This document shows positions 45,945 to 59,681 of a stretch of 64,000 nucleotides of DNA, piece by piece. Made by a program: the position numbers and the translations under genes. Position 1 is the stretch's first letter; each line of letters begins with the position of its first letter. Source of the DNA: the human T2T-CHM13v2.0 reference genome, Homo sapiens. The DNA lies in NCBI RefSeq assembly GCF_009914755.1, contig NC_060930.1; one strand, given 5' to 3'. A model generated the notes under the pieces. That model was not told the origin of the DNA. It searched no databases and saw nothing but the letters and a program-made list of their open reading frames with translations.

Positions 45945-48025
45945 TGTTATGGTTTGCCTAGGGTTTATTTGGCCCCACCAACCTCATGTTGAAATTTGAT
46001 CCCCAATATTGGAAGCGGGGCCTGGTGGGAGTTGTTTAGATCATGGCGTGGATCGCTCATGAATGGCGTGGTGCCATAGATGCTGGTGCCATGCTTCTTG
46101 TACAGCCTGCAGAAACATGAGCCAAATCTCTTCATTAATAAATTACCCAGCCTTAAATATTCCTTTATAGCAACACTAAACATACTAAGAAAATTGGTAT
46201 TCAGGAGTGAGGCATTGCTCTAAAGATGCCTGAAAATGTGGGAGTAGCTTTTGAACTGGGTAATAGGCAGAGGTTGGAAGAGTTTGGAGGGTTCAGGAGA
46301 AAACAGGGAAGACAAGGGAAAGTGTAGAACTTCTTAGAGATTGGTTAAGTAGTTGTGTACCAAAATGCTTATAGAAAAAGAGACAGCAAAGGTCATACTG
46401 AGGAAGCCTTAGATGGAAATGATGAACTTATAAGTTACTGAAGCAAAAGTCACACTTGTTACACCGTAGCAAAGAACTTGTCTGCATTGTGTCCATGCTC
46501 TAGGGCTTTATGGAAGGCTTCATTTAAGAGATGGCCTAGGGTATCTGGGAAAAGAAATTTCTAACCAGCAAAGTGCTCAGGCTGCTGCATGGTTACTTCT
46601 AACTGCTTACAGTAGAGACCAGAGGAAAATTGGAAAATGTGCAGCCTTGCCTTGTGTTAGAGAAGGAAAGAAGAGTGTTTTTAGGAGAGGAATCTAAGAG
46701 TATGACCAAGCAGCAGCAATAGTTTGCTAAAGAGATGAGCATGACTAAAAAGGGCCAGGTGCTAATAAGACTATGGAAAAAATGTCTCAAAGCTATTTCA
46801 GAAATCTTTGCCACCCCTCCCATCACAGATTAAGAAGTTTAGAATGAAAGAATGGCTTTTTGATGGGGCAGGTGATACTGCTCCCCACACCCCAGCGGCA
46901 CCAGCTCAAAGGGCCTCAGGCTGCTGCTCTGGAAGGTGTACCCAGTAAGCCTTGGAGACTTCCATGTGGTGTTAAGTCTGCAAGCATGCAGAATGCAAGA
47001 GTAGTGGAGACTTGGCAGCTTCCACTTACATTTGAGAGGATGTATTAGAAAGCCTGGGTGCCCAGAAAGAAGGCTGCCACAGGGTCTGAGAGCCTCTACT
47101 AGAGAAGTGCCTAGTGGAGCAGATGGAGCAGGGGCACCACTCTCCAACCTCAGAATGGTAGAGCCACCAACAGCTTACAATCTCAGCCTGGAAGAGCTGC
47201 AGGTATTGGATTCCAACCCACGAGAGCAGCTACGTGGGCTGCACCCAGCAAAGCCATGGGGATGGGGATGCCTGAGGCTCTGGAACCCACCCCTTGAACC
47301 AGTGTTCTTAGGATGCGGGACATGGAGTCAAAGCAGATTATTTTGGAGCTTTAATATTTAATATCTGTTCTGATAGGTTTGGGACTCACATGAGGCCTAT
47401 TACCCCTTTCTTCTGGCCTATTCCTCCCTTTTGGAATGGGAATGTCTGCACCACCACTGTATCTTGGAAGTAAATAACTTCTTTTTTTATTTTACAGGTT
47501 CACAGTTGTAAGGAACTTGCCTTGAGTCTCAAATGAGACTTTAGACTTTTGAGTTGATGCTGGAACAAGTTAAGACTTTGGGGGATGGAATAATTGTATT
47601 TTGCAATGCAAGAAAGACATGAGATTTGTTTTTCATGCCACCAAATCTTATGTTGAAATTTGATGCCCAATATTGGAGGTGGGGCCAGATGGGAGAAATT
47701 TGGGAACAGATCCCCCATGAATGGCTTGGTGACATTCTCCCAGGAGTAAATAAGTTCTCTTGGTTCCCATGAGAACTGCTTGTTAAAAAGCCTAGCATCT
47801 CCCCATCTCTTTCTTGTTTTCTCTCTCACCACATGATCTGCAAATGCCAGCTCCCCTTCACATTCCACCATGAGTAGAAGCAGCCTGAGTCCCTGGCCAG
47901 AAGCAGATGCTGGCACCGTGCTTTTTGTGCAGCCTACAGAACGATGAGCCAAATAAATCTCTTTTGTTTATAAAATACCCAGCCTCAGGTATTCCTTTAT
48001 GGCAACACTAAAGAGACCCAAGACA
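45945..48025 (+). mobile_element. MaLR (MST-type) element with both LTRs and internal region
   Basis: TG...CA ends with 5-bp TSD AGATC (45940-44 and 48026-30); LTR sequence repeated at 45945-46191 and ~47630-48025; MaLR-internal-like sequence between. Confidence 0.88.
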
Positions 48026-48046
48026 AGATCCAAATAAAATTAAACT

Positions 48047-48346
48047 GCCGGGCGCAGTGGCTCACACCTGTAATCTCAGCACTTTGGGAGGCTGAGGCGG
48101 GCAGATCACCTGAGGTCAGGAGTTCGAGACCAGCCTGGCCAACATGGTGAAACCCCGTCTCTACTAAAAATACCAAAATTAGCCGGGCGCAGTGGCAGGC
48201 TCCTCTAATCAGGAGGCTGAGGCAGGAGACTCGCGTGAACCCGGGAGGCAGAGATTGCAGTTAGCCCAGATAGTGACACTACACTCCAGCCTAGGTGACA
48301 GAGTGAGACTCCATCTCAAAAAAATAAAAATAAAGAAATAAATAAA
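48047..48346 (+). mobile_element. AluS
   Basis: Alu dimer with small right-arm deletion. Confidence 0.92.
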
Positions 48347-48837
48347 CTTTGACTATACATGGTCCCAATAATTCAAATAACAGTCCTCCTCTGTAGTGAC
48401 CTCAGCCATCTAAGTTCTCCCATGCACAGCCCATGCCAACTATGATACATCTCTTCTCTAGTGACTGATAAATGCCAATGTCAGAAACTTAAACAATAAC
48501 AAAAAAAATACACTTTTGAGATAGAGGATATATTGTATTAAAATGTAGCATATGATAAAGATGGCATTTCAAATGAAATACAGAAAAATATTTATTAATA
48601 AATGGTCTTCATAAAACTGGCTAACTACATAATGGAGGGTGAGAGGATGTTTAATATTCCTACTTTATGCCTAAGTACATTCCCACTAAATAAAGTTAAA
48701 TATAAAAATAGAAGCTAAAAAGAAAGAAATGAACAGTGGATGTCAGGGTAGCAAATGCCCTATTATGCATATAAGCAAAAGTAAAATCATGAAAGATTAT
48801 TACATAATATTTTGAACCTTTTGAAATAAGATTTTTA

Positions 48838-49159
<322 letters not shown>

Positions 49160-50188
49160 TCAAGCCAAAGACACATCACAAATAGGAAAATATCTACAAT
49201 ATAAATAAAACAAAGAAATAAAACTTTTTTAAATAAAGAGCTCTGAAATATCATTAACAAATAGGTTAAATACAAATAGGAAAATGGGCAATTCTCAAAG
49301 GAAAACATCCATAAGTATTTGAAAGATGATCAACCTTAACTTCACCATTTAAATGCAAATTAAAACATATTTTCACCTATCAAATTGACGAAGACGGGAA
49401 AAAGCTGAAAGAAAATTGCTGAACATACTGAAAAATGGGCACCGAGTACTTGTGCTAAAGGAAGGTGAATTGGTAGAACTGTTTTGAGAGGCAGACTTTA
49501 CAGATATGTTGCAGAACCTTAGTGTAATGTCGGCCACTTCAAATTCGTACTTTATATGAGCCCTTTGATTTTCCCCAACTCCCAGTTGGGCATATGTTCA
49601 ACAAACAGGCTTTGTTTAAATACGAGCCACCTGCACTGGAACCTAAAATTAAAGGATTTACTTTTGTTTATTTGGTTGGATAGAATTTCTTGGCATTCCC
49701 TGTTTACCAAAAATATGCAGTTGCACCTGTCAAAATTAGTATTTGAGTTATACGGGTTGGCTTAGTTTCTAAACATAAGTCTAAATCCTCTCATGTTTCA
49801 TTCATTGTTAAGAAATATTTAGCTTTGAGAGAGAGAAGGGAAAGAAGGCAAGCAAAAGCAGAGAGAAATTTTAATTTCTCAGTTGGGTTTTATTATGTCA
49901 AAAAGTGAGCTATTTTTGTTTTCTAATTCGCAATTTTGGTTAAGAGTTGTTACTAAATGTGTTTCTTCACAACTAAGCCACCATAGAACCAATTTTTCTT
50001 GACTTAGGTGTTTGCTGTCTTATTAAAGTAGCCTCTGTTCTTATCAGGGCTGTGAAGTTGCTTTAGCAACCATCTCCAAAATTGGATATAGTAGTTGTTA
50101 AAACTAGACAAAGAAGAAGATAAAAGAGGGACATTTTCTGAATTCATTAGAACTACAATAGAGCACATTTTTAAAATTAAGTTGTTCA

Positions 50189-50256
50189 TTTTTTTTAATA
50201 CTTTAAGTTCTAGGGTACATGTGCACAACGTGCAGGTTTGTTACATATGTATACAT
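50189..50256 (-). mobile_element. Very short (~68 bp) L1PA 3' terminus
   Basis: Reverse complement of the L1 3' end seen at 29535-29600. Confidence 0.85.
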
Positions 50257-50389
50257 TTTTAAACTAATAGAAATAAATGTGCCTTAGCCAATTTTGCCCC
50301 ATTTCTACCCCCTAGAGTTGTCCTTAAAATTACTGTAAGTTTTCAAATAGTACAACAGGGATATAAGACAGTCATAGCAATGAGAAAAA

Positions 50390-50610
50390 TGGCTGACATT
50401 TATTGAGTGCTTGCTACATGCCAGGTACTAGTCCAATCCCATTACCTATATACATGTATTTATGCCAATGTTTAATCTTAATGGAAACCCTATGGGAATT
50501 AAACCTCATAACATTCATTATTATCTCCATCCTGCAGGTGAAGAAACTGCGGCACAGGGAGGCTAAATAACTTGAGATCACACAGATAGTAAATGATAGA
50601 ACAAGGAAGT
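50390..50610 (+). mobile_element. MIR
   Basis: acatttattgagtgctt...gaagaaactgcggcacagggaggctaaataacttg; strand given is that on which the core was read. Confidence 0.7.
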
Positions 50611-52136
50611 GAAAAAATAATTGAACCTTTTCTTAGGAGTTTTCTGATAAACTACAAGTAGAAGGGGCTAGTGAATCTAATGAGTAACCCCTATTACAGC
50701 AAAGTACAATCTGATGTATTTTTCTGAGTAAAGTGATAATATGTATTGCGGATTTGTTCACCTGGGTTTTCAGAAGACAATTCCTTTAAATTAATCTTAC
50801 ATTGGGAATCTCCTTTTTTCCTCCTTTTTCCGTTAATCTCAGAGTTAAAAGTTTGCCTTAGCCTAATATATATACATATCTCAAATTTAATTACCTTCAA
50901 CCATACTTTCCAGGAAAAGGAATGTTTTGCCTTTTTATTATTTTTTTCTTCAGGCAAAAATTAGTTCCAATTAGTTCTGATGTTTTATAAAGAACAAAGA
51001 GCTCAAATTTCTGTTTTAAATGCACTTGGAAACAAGACGTAATCTAAATTTGGGGAGACTTTTACATGTCTCAGAGTTTATAAATAACCAGACCCCAAAC
51101 TTTTTAAAGTTTCCCCTAGGATATTGCACTTACTGTCTAAAGGAGTTCCTGTTTTGCAAATAAAAAAAAAGCTTAACTTTTAAAAAATATATTTTACTCA
51201 GTTAATATTTAGAAAACTATATTTATATAGGCTCCTTAGGTCCAAGAGTAGGTATACTTTGTTCTCAGTAACATCTTTTAAAAAAGAAGTTATCAATGTA
51301 TACAGCAAGATCAAAAACTCTTATTTTGACATCTAGTAATTGACATCTAATACAATTTCTCCATTTGCTGTCAACTACTAGCTGCCCATTGTATTACAAA
51401 GCTCAGTGTCCTCTAGTGAAGAATGCCCTACCTTACCATTTTATGAGACCTAAATGTGGTAAACAGAATCCTCCCATCTAACCACATTCAAACTGAAGCA
51501 CTCTGCATATGCCGTTGAGACATTTGTGTTGCATATTATTTCAAGATGTAGATATTGAGTGCTGAGATGTCCAAGTAAATACTTACATGGTGGTTAAAAT
51601 TGCAGTCTTTTGAAAGAAGTGAGTAAACTCTGAATGACTTTTCATTTAAAAGAATAGGCTGAAGTAATTAAAATTCTTGAAATTACTCTCATGTACTTAT
51701 GTATCCTCTGTAGAGATTACCCCCTTTCAGCCTTGGAAGTTTAGGGCAGCAAAATCATTTTCTTCAGAATATATAAAAAAATAACTAAAGGGTCAATACC
51801 TTTATATTACTTTCTTATCGTACTACCATTTGCCTGGGCTCCTCTTCTTTTTATTCTCCTTCATGAGATACTGATTAATAGACAGGTTTTATGGCTAGAA
51901 AATACCTATCTCTAAATCAAGATTAGTATTCATTGGCTTTTACACCATAAGGCTAAATGTGATAAAAAGGAAGAGATGGAGTGGAAATGCCTGTGCTCTA
52001 TGTGAGATGATTTTCACCTGATCACCATCATAAACTCCTCCCCCTCTACAGGTGTGGGCACTTTTTTTTTTTCTCTCCCTCCTGTTTCCACTAAGGGCTA
52101 ATTAGAGAGGTAGCCTTGAAGAATAAACTTACCATT

Positions 52137-52203
52137 TATATAAAAGGGCTACTGGACTGATACACAGCTGAAAACCCTCAGTTCTGGACTGAACTCCCAG
52201 CAG
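52137..52203 (+). promoter_or_regulatory. GLYATL3: TATA box and short non-coding first exon, probably of GLYATL3 (coding exons lie beyond the window)
   Basis: TATATAAAAGG at 52137 and donor CAG|GTAAAC at 52203/52204; gene identity rests only on recalled synteny (MMUT-CENPQ-GLYATL3), no coding sequence seen. Confidence 0.5.
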
Positions 52204-53278
52204 GTAAACATTTATTCATTAATATAATACATTTCAAGTCATAGTTTATAATTGCAGAAAGGGATGGGAAAAATAGAGAAGAGATGAAATCCAACCTTAT
52301 ACAGAACGAATACATTGTAATTAGGTTTCAAGGAAAGATATATTTTGTTTTGTTTCTTGGCGTGTTTTTGTTTGGGGTTTTTTTAACTCCTAAATTTTGA
52401 TATGAGGAAAATTTTTACTCTTAAATTTTGATGTGAGGAAAATAAGTATTACCAAGTATAAATTTGTTTGCATTGTGATATGGGCACAACTAGAGCAACC
52501 TCTCTGAACAAAAATCCTAACATATGAAAAATAATTACTAGCATTGGATTCCAAGTGCTTAAAAAAATGTATTTCCTCATTAACAAATGCCCACCATTAT
52601 ATTGTAAATATTGTATTACATTACAAAAACAGAGATCTTATGTTTTATTGCTTATAAGACTTAAAAGTCTCCCAGGAGAGTGTCATGCTTTCATTGTTAT
52701 GATAAATATTAATGAATAAAATATTTTAGATGCTTGCTCTGTGCTTATAAACACTCAAATGCCCCCAAAGAAACTTCAGTTTCTAAAACTTACATGAGCA
52801 TAATTCTTTTTCTTGACAAATACTTTCAAACAGTGAGTCTATTGGTTATAATTTGGTTAAAGGAGTTACCAACCTTTAACTTCCAATTCCAGAACATACT
52901 GATTATGGACAGTACTAATCAAGTGGTAAGGATATGACATTCTGCTCTTGTAGCTTTCAGAGTTAATCGTCATTATGACTCTCTAACATGTTACAAAAAT
53001 GTGTAGAAAATATTTTCTGCATCAATGAGAATTTCTGCTCTACCTTGTGGCATTAAAAAAATTTCTATTTAATGAAAGATCCTTATGAAATGAATCACTG
53101 TTTACTGAAAGGGTATTGTCAAATGTAGATTAATTGTAGTGTCCTCTCTGCATGAACCCATGGGGGAATGTCTCTGATTTTAGTTTGTCACCCTGAGTAA
53201 TTTGTGAGTTGCATGAGTATAGTCTAGAAGGGTAAGTTGAAGCCAATTAAGTAGAGGTTTTGCTATTAAGAAGCTGGA

Positions 53279-53439
53279 GGCCAGGCAGGGTGGCTCACAC
53301 CTGTAATCCCAGCACTTTGGGGGGCCAAGGCAGGTGGATCACATGAGGTCAGGAGTTTGAGATCAGCCTAGCCAACATGGTGAAACCCCCCATCTCTACT
53401 AAAAATATAAAAAAAAACTAGCCAGGCGTTGGTGGTGTG
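53279..53439 (+). mobile_element. Left part of an AluS split by the HERV-K provirus
   Basis: Alu left arm, linker and start of right arm, breaking off at ggtgtg. Confidence 0.9.
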
Positions 53440-54287
53440 TATCGCGGGAGCTGGCCAGCAGCCCGCAATGCAACGGGGCTCTCTCTTTGTTCCTAGGTGG
53501 ATTGGCAGGTCGAGAAATAAGAGACTCACACAAGATAGTGAAAGCAGGTCCCGCGGTGCCGCCAATGCACTGACTATACCAGCATTTATTATTAAGTTTA
53601 GTGAGGGCAGCGGTAGGTTAGTGAGGGATTTAGGGTCATTTGATTATGAGGTGAGATGGTCACATGGGGATGAAGTAATTCTTTAACATAATATCTGTAT
53701 GCAGAAGTACAGTATACAGAGATAAGAATTTACAATATAGTGTGTGCATCAGTAATTTCTAACAGAGCCTTAAAACAGAAACACAGTCTTTCCATAACCT
53801 ATGATTAGCAGGATATTAATCAGCAGTAACAGTTGCAGCAAAAGCTGGTTACAAACAATCCATAGAAACAGGATGTGAAGCTAGACAACTAGTTAGACCA
53901 GAAATCCTCAGAAGGAAATATGTCTTAACCCTAAAGAGGCCTAGAAGAGCTGTGGCAAGATGAGCGTGTTATAGCCCTATCTTATCCGTATGGACAGGCA
54001 CCCCTCATTCGTCCATTTATAGGCTATCCACAAGGGTCGCATTCCATTCCCAGAGCTATGAACATCTGCTTTTCTGGGATAGGAATCTTGGTGATGTGAA
54101 ACCTCCCTGAATGCACATCCATTCATAGGCTGTCTGCAGGGGGAAGCACATCACGTGCTATTGGCTCATTCTGGCAGTCCAACCTGGCATTGTCTTTACA
54201 CAATCCTGCATGCAATTTTGTATTTACAATAATCAGGAGCATTTCATCTTTTATTCCATAGCAATAGTTTCAGGGGGTCTCCCTACA

Positions 54288-56370
54288 TCTCCTCCTTTTC
54301 TCTGATTTAAATGAACCATAGCAATCATAGCTTGGCACTGATCATGATTGGATTGAAGAATATTTTTTCCAATTTTGTATATGAACAATAAACCAATAGC
54401 ACAAATTATACATAGAACAAAATTAACAATAGTGGATCCTCCCAAGGATTTTACCCATTGAATGGGGTTGAGATTAGATAACCCCTCAGATACACCGTCT
54501 AAAACTTCAGCACTGGGTAAAGCAGTTAAGTGTGCTTGACAGGCCTCAAAAATCTGTGCTTTTAGCTTGCTTATGTCTAAACTTAAATTATCTTCACTTC
54601 CTTGTAAATGGCATTTTACTGATTCCCAATTGTGAACAGACTCATTACATTGAAACGGATTTATAGAAAATCAGAAGTATTCCAATCACATTGCATTTGA
54701 AATCTATGTTCTAAACTTATAATTCTTATAATTCTATCTCCCATCCAGATAACAGTTTGTCAGGTTATTAATTTGATTGGCCAATTTTTGATCAATACCT
54801 GACTGAGAATTCCACATCCAAGTAGAATCTTTTTGCCATTTATCCACAAAATGAACAGTTTGAATAGATTGATGTAATGCAACTCCAGCAGTAGCAGCAG
54901 CCACAGTAACAGCAATCAAACCATTATTACTGCAATTAATGTAAAAATAAATAATTTACTCCTTTTAATAATTTTCTGTAGAATATTATTAATAACATGG
55001 ATAGAAGGGGAAGATTCCCAAGGCCTATGTAAGGCTACGGGAAGCCAAATACCTTCTCTGGCTCTGACTACTAAAATACTATGATATTGATTAAAGGATG
55101 AGTCAATCCAAGCATACAAGTAACAACTAACACATGTAATTATGTTGGTTTTTGAACTAATATGCATCTTTCCTACTAATAACATATATGGTGGTTTAAC
55201 ACAACTTTTAAGTGGTATAGTTTTATTGGACTCCATATAGATAGTATATTTATTTTGGGATGGTACTCTTTTTGTGAATGCATGGTGGGGGGAATAGGTT
55301 GTATGAGAGGTGGTGTGGGGACATTAGCAAAGGGGGGGATATAAGTCCTCATCATCTTTACTGTCCCATCTTTGAATTGACCTTTTGACGATTGCCATAG
55401 TGATATTTTTGGCTGTGTGAAAATAGTAGTGTAAATCAATCTGTTGTCTTAGTTTTCGAGGTGACAAGGTGGATTTACTTATAACACTTTCTCCAGCCCA
55501 AACTCTCATACCAGTCATATCTATGGTTAATCTCCATAATTCTGAATGTTCAGGTCCTAAGTGGGGAACAATGAGCCTTGGCTTTGGAGGGGCAACCCCT
55601 GCCCCTTTCCACTTAAAAGGAAAAAAGGAGTTAAATCTATGATATAATAGGGGAGGGTTGTCACTACTTTTTTGATAAGTAATATCATAGAGAAAGTGTT
55701 GACAATCTCTGTGACCTTGAGAGCAATCATTAGTAATATGACCTTTAGGAGCCCAATCAACAATGGTATAGTGAGAAGAATTAAATAACACACTCCTTCT
55801 GAACTAACACAATCCTTCCACATTAATTTGTCAGCATTTGAAGACAAGTTGATAGGACACACAGGTCCTAAAGGCTTATATTGGGATGTGTGAATATAAT
55901 CAGAGATTCATGTTTTGATCTGTCTTAGAGGTTTTAATGAGATCCCTGATACCAAGTGTCCTAAAGAGTGACCAGATGGTAGTGTGACTGCCCAAATTTG
56001 AATATCTAATGAGAGACATCCATTTGTGGGTCCCAGGCACAAAGGTGGATACCTAAAACCTAAAGTGATATTGAAAGGAGTTCCTTCTTCTGAAGGTTGG
56101 GCAGGACAACGATCGTCTACAGAACCAGGCATCCAAATACTATCATTAACATAGACCTCGATAGGAGCGTCCATCCACGTCATGGCTCGAATAAGAAGAA
56201 GAAAAGGAATATAGGCCCAATATTCGTAGTTTTTAACAGTCTGTGGGGTGACAGAGGGTAAAAGGATCAGTGTAATCAGGAGGAGGCAGAGGTTGAGCCA
56301 GACCTGGATCGCTGGAGGCAAGTTGTTCAGGATGGCTGACTGGATTGTCTGTTGTAAAGGAGTTAGCATG
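54288..56370 (-). pseudogene. env: HERV-K env remnant, frameshifted
   Basis: YWAYIPF...[40 protein letters not shown]...RPWESSPSIH, RSKL|[10 protein letters not shown] (furin site mutated), [10 protein letters not shown]. Confidence 0.9.
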
Positions 56371-56479
56371 GTTATTTTTTTCTTTTCTTTTTTTCTTTTT
56401 CTTTTTTTTTTTTGACGGTTGGATGTGTTAGTTGTTTTTTGCTGTGGTGTTTTTTCAGCAAATTTCTCTGTCTCATTGT

Positions 56480-59000
56480 TGCATGCATCTTCAGGACAAA
56501 ATTTCAGGTGTCTAGCAGGAATCCAAACAGGAGATTGATATTCACCTGGGGAAACACAAGCATAGCCTCTACCCCACGTTAAAATAGAGCCTTTTGACCG
56601 TATATTAGATTGAACATCTTTCCACCATACTTCCCTTCCTTGGTTTACTGTGGGACAGTTACCAGAGAAATGTTTTTCGGCAGCAGTAACAGAACTAGAT
56701 TTAGGAATATTAAGAAAATTTAATGTGAGCAATGCAAAGTTTAATTGTATGTGAGGGGTAGACAACTCCTTATCCCCCTGTTTTTGTTTAAGTAATTGTA
56801 ATTTTAAGGTTCTGTTACTTTTTTCTACAATAGCTTGGCCTTGTGGGTTATAAGGAATATGAGTAATATGTTTAATATGCCACTGATGAAAAAAATTTTT
56901 AATAGCTTTACTGCAATAGGCTGGATCATTGTCTGTTTTGCGCTCACTAAGAATTCCCATAACCGCAAAACATGAAAACATATGTTTTTTAACATGAGAA
57001 GTGGCTTCTCCAGTTTGACAGGTAGCCCAGATGAAATTGGAAAAGGTGTCAACTGTGAAATGCACATAAGCTAATTTTCTAAAAGAAGGAACATGAGTAA
57101 CATCCATTTGCCAAATAGCATTAGGAGAAAGGCCTCGGGGATTAACTCCGAGAGATTGTGTGGGTAAGACAAGAACCTGACATCAAGAACAGTGTTGTAA
57201 AATTTGTTTAGCTTTTTTCCAACTGAGAGAATATTTATGTTTAAGACCTGAGGCATTAGTATGAGTGAGTTGATGAAATTGTTCTGCATCTATAATGGCT
57301 AGAGAAACTAGAGTATCAACTTTATGATTACCACTGGATAAAGGTCCAGGTACGTTAGTATGAGAACGAATGTGAGTGATGAAAAAAGGGTGGTTTCAGT
57401 TTCTGACAGTTTTTTGTAACAAAGAGAACAAGGAAAATAGATTAGTGTCAGTAATATTTTTGATGGTAGCTGTTTCTATTGCCTTAGTGGCATGGACTAC
57501 ATAAGCTGAGTCAGAGACAATATTAAGAGGCTGACTAAAATCCTGTAATGCAGAGATAACAGCAAACAACTCGGCTTTTTGAGCAGAAGTGTATGGAGTA
57601 GAAATGACTTTATCTTTTGGTCCTACATAACCTGCCTTTCCATTACTGGATCCATCAGTAAAAATGGTAATGGCTGCCTCTCATCATGATGAATGAGTAA
57701 GTTCTGGTAGAATCCAGGAAGTATTTCCTAGAAATTGAAAGAATTTTGACTTAGGCAAATGATTATCAATAGTGCCAACGAAGTCAGCCAGATTAGTCTG
57801 CCAGCACAAAGATGTAGAAAAGGCATTTTAAACTTCATTTTTTGACAAAGGGACCACAATAATGTTTGGACCAAAGCCAGAAATTTTAGTGACACACTGA
57901 CATCCTAACCCAATCAAAGTGGCCATTTGATCAAGATATATTGAAAGAGTCTTAGAGGCTGAATTAGGAAGAAATACCCATTCAACTAGAGAATTATTTT
58001 GTACTATAAGTCCCGTAGGAGAGTGGATGGAAGGAAAAACTAAAAATTGTAAAGGCAAATTTGGGTCAATACGAGAGACTTGTGCCTCTCTCACTCGTTG
58101 TTCTACAAAAGACAACTCTTGTTTTGCTGGTTCAGTTAGAGAACGAGGACTGTTTAGATCTGTATTTCCTGATAAAGTAGCAAATAGATGAGATAATGCA
58201 TAAGCAGGGATGCCTATGGTTGGTCTGAGATAATTGATGTCACCTAGTAATTTTTGAAAATCATTTAAGGTGTTTAAATTGTCAGTACAAAGTTGGACTT
58301 TTGGGGGCTTAATGGAGTGAGCTTCTAGCTGCATTCCTAAGTACAGAAAAGGAGTGGCTTGTTGAATTTTATCAGGAGCAATGTGGAGTCCTGCATTGGC
58401 AACAGCTAATTTTAAAGAGGTAAAACATTGAATTAATTCATCTTTAGTGGGGGCAGCAATTAGTATATCAACCATATAATGAAGAATGTAATTATTTTTA
58501 AAAGTCTGTCAGATAGGTTGTAACACAGTACCGACAAACAACTGACAAATAGTAGGACTCTTTATCATTCCTTGAGGTAAAACTTTCCATTGATATCTAG
58601 CTGCAGGAGCTGAATTGTTGATGGAAGGTATAGTGAAAGCAAATTTTTCACAGTCTGACTTGTCAAAAGGAATATGAAAAAAGCAGTCTTTAAGGTCAAT
58701 GATAATTAAAGGCCATTCCTTAGCAATCATGGAGGGGGAGGGCATACCAGATTGTAATGCCCCCATAGGTTTAATAACTGCATTAACAGCTCTTAAATCT
58801 GTTACCATCCTCCATTTTCCTGACTTTTTTTTGTACAACAAACACAGGCGAGTTCCATGGAGACAAGGACGGCTCAATAGTGTTTGCTTGTAGTAAATCA
58901 TTAACAATTTAAATTAAAGCCTCCAATTTGTGTTTGGAAAGTGGCCACTGCTCTACCCAAACAGGTGACTCACACATCTATTGTGAAGGGGCAGGGGAAA
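56480..59000 (-). pseudogene. pol: HERV-K pol remnant (RT, RNase H, integrase), frameshifted
   Basis: [35 protein letters not shown] (YMDD mutated), [37 protein letters not shown]. Confidence 0.92.
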
Positions 59001-59048
59001 AGAAGGAGAGTGAGGGCACCAGGACGTGGACTGGGGGAAAACAGGATT

Positions 59049-59681
59049 CTAAGCCTCTGAAAGAAGGGGTCCCGGAGTGTTGAAAGAAACAGTAGGCTTA
59101 GAATAGGGGAGAGGTCCAAAAGGATGATGGGAATGAGAAACATGCCATTCAGATGAATGCCACACATCCTCCTCTGGCAGAGGGGGCAACGGCTTAGTAG
59201 AAGAAGAGTTAACATATACAGGTTCCAAGATAGGAGGCAGAGGGTGGGGATCATCATCAGGTTCCTTCTCTTGGGAAGAAACCAAGGAGAGATCAAATTC
59301 TCCCTCATCATCAGAAGGAGGACTAGTAGGGGGGTCAGCTACCCAAGGTAAAGGGAGCAGTTCATCATCCACGTTAACTTGTGGCAGTTGAAGAGGATCA
59401 CCAGATGGAAAAGGAAGTAAAGCAACATGAATAAGAGCCCAGTCAGTCCAAACAGAAATAGGAAGTAAAACACCATCTCTCATGAGCTGGTGGAGAGTGG
59501 CACCAACTCTATCCCAGTCTAACAGGTCCATAGAATCTCTGTCAGGGAACCAAGGACAATATTTTTCAATAGTCTGAAATAAAAGAATAAGGTTAGTGGA
59601 ATCAGCCTTGATTCCACCCTGTTTAAGAAGAAGTTTAATAAAAGACAGATAAGCCTGGTGTTTAGACTGTGATTGTCGCAT
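59049..59681 (-). pseudogene. gag: HERV-K gag N-terminal remnant (matrix plus Pro-rich region)
   Basis: MRQSQSKHQAYLSFIKLLLKQGG...YCPWFP...LDWDRVG, betaretroviral p10-like; no CA/NC follows. Confidence 0.82.
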
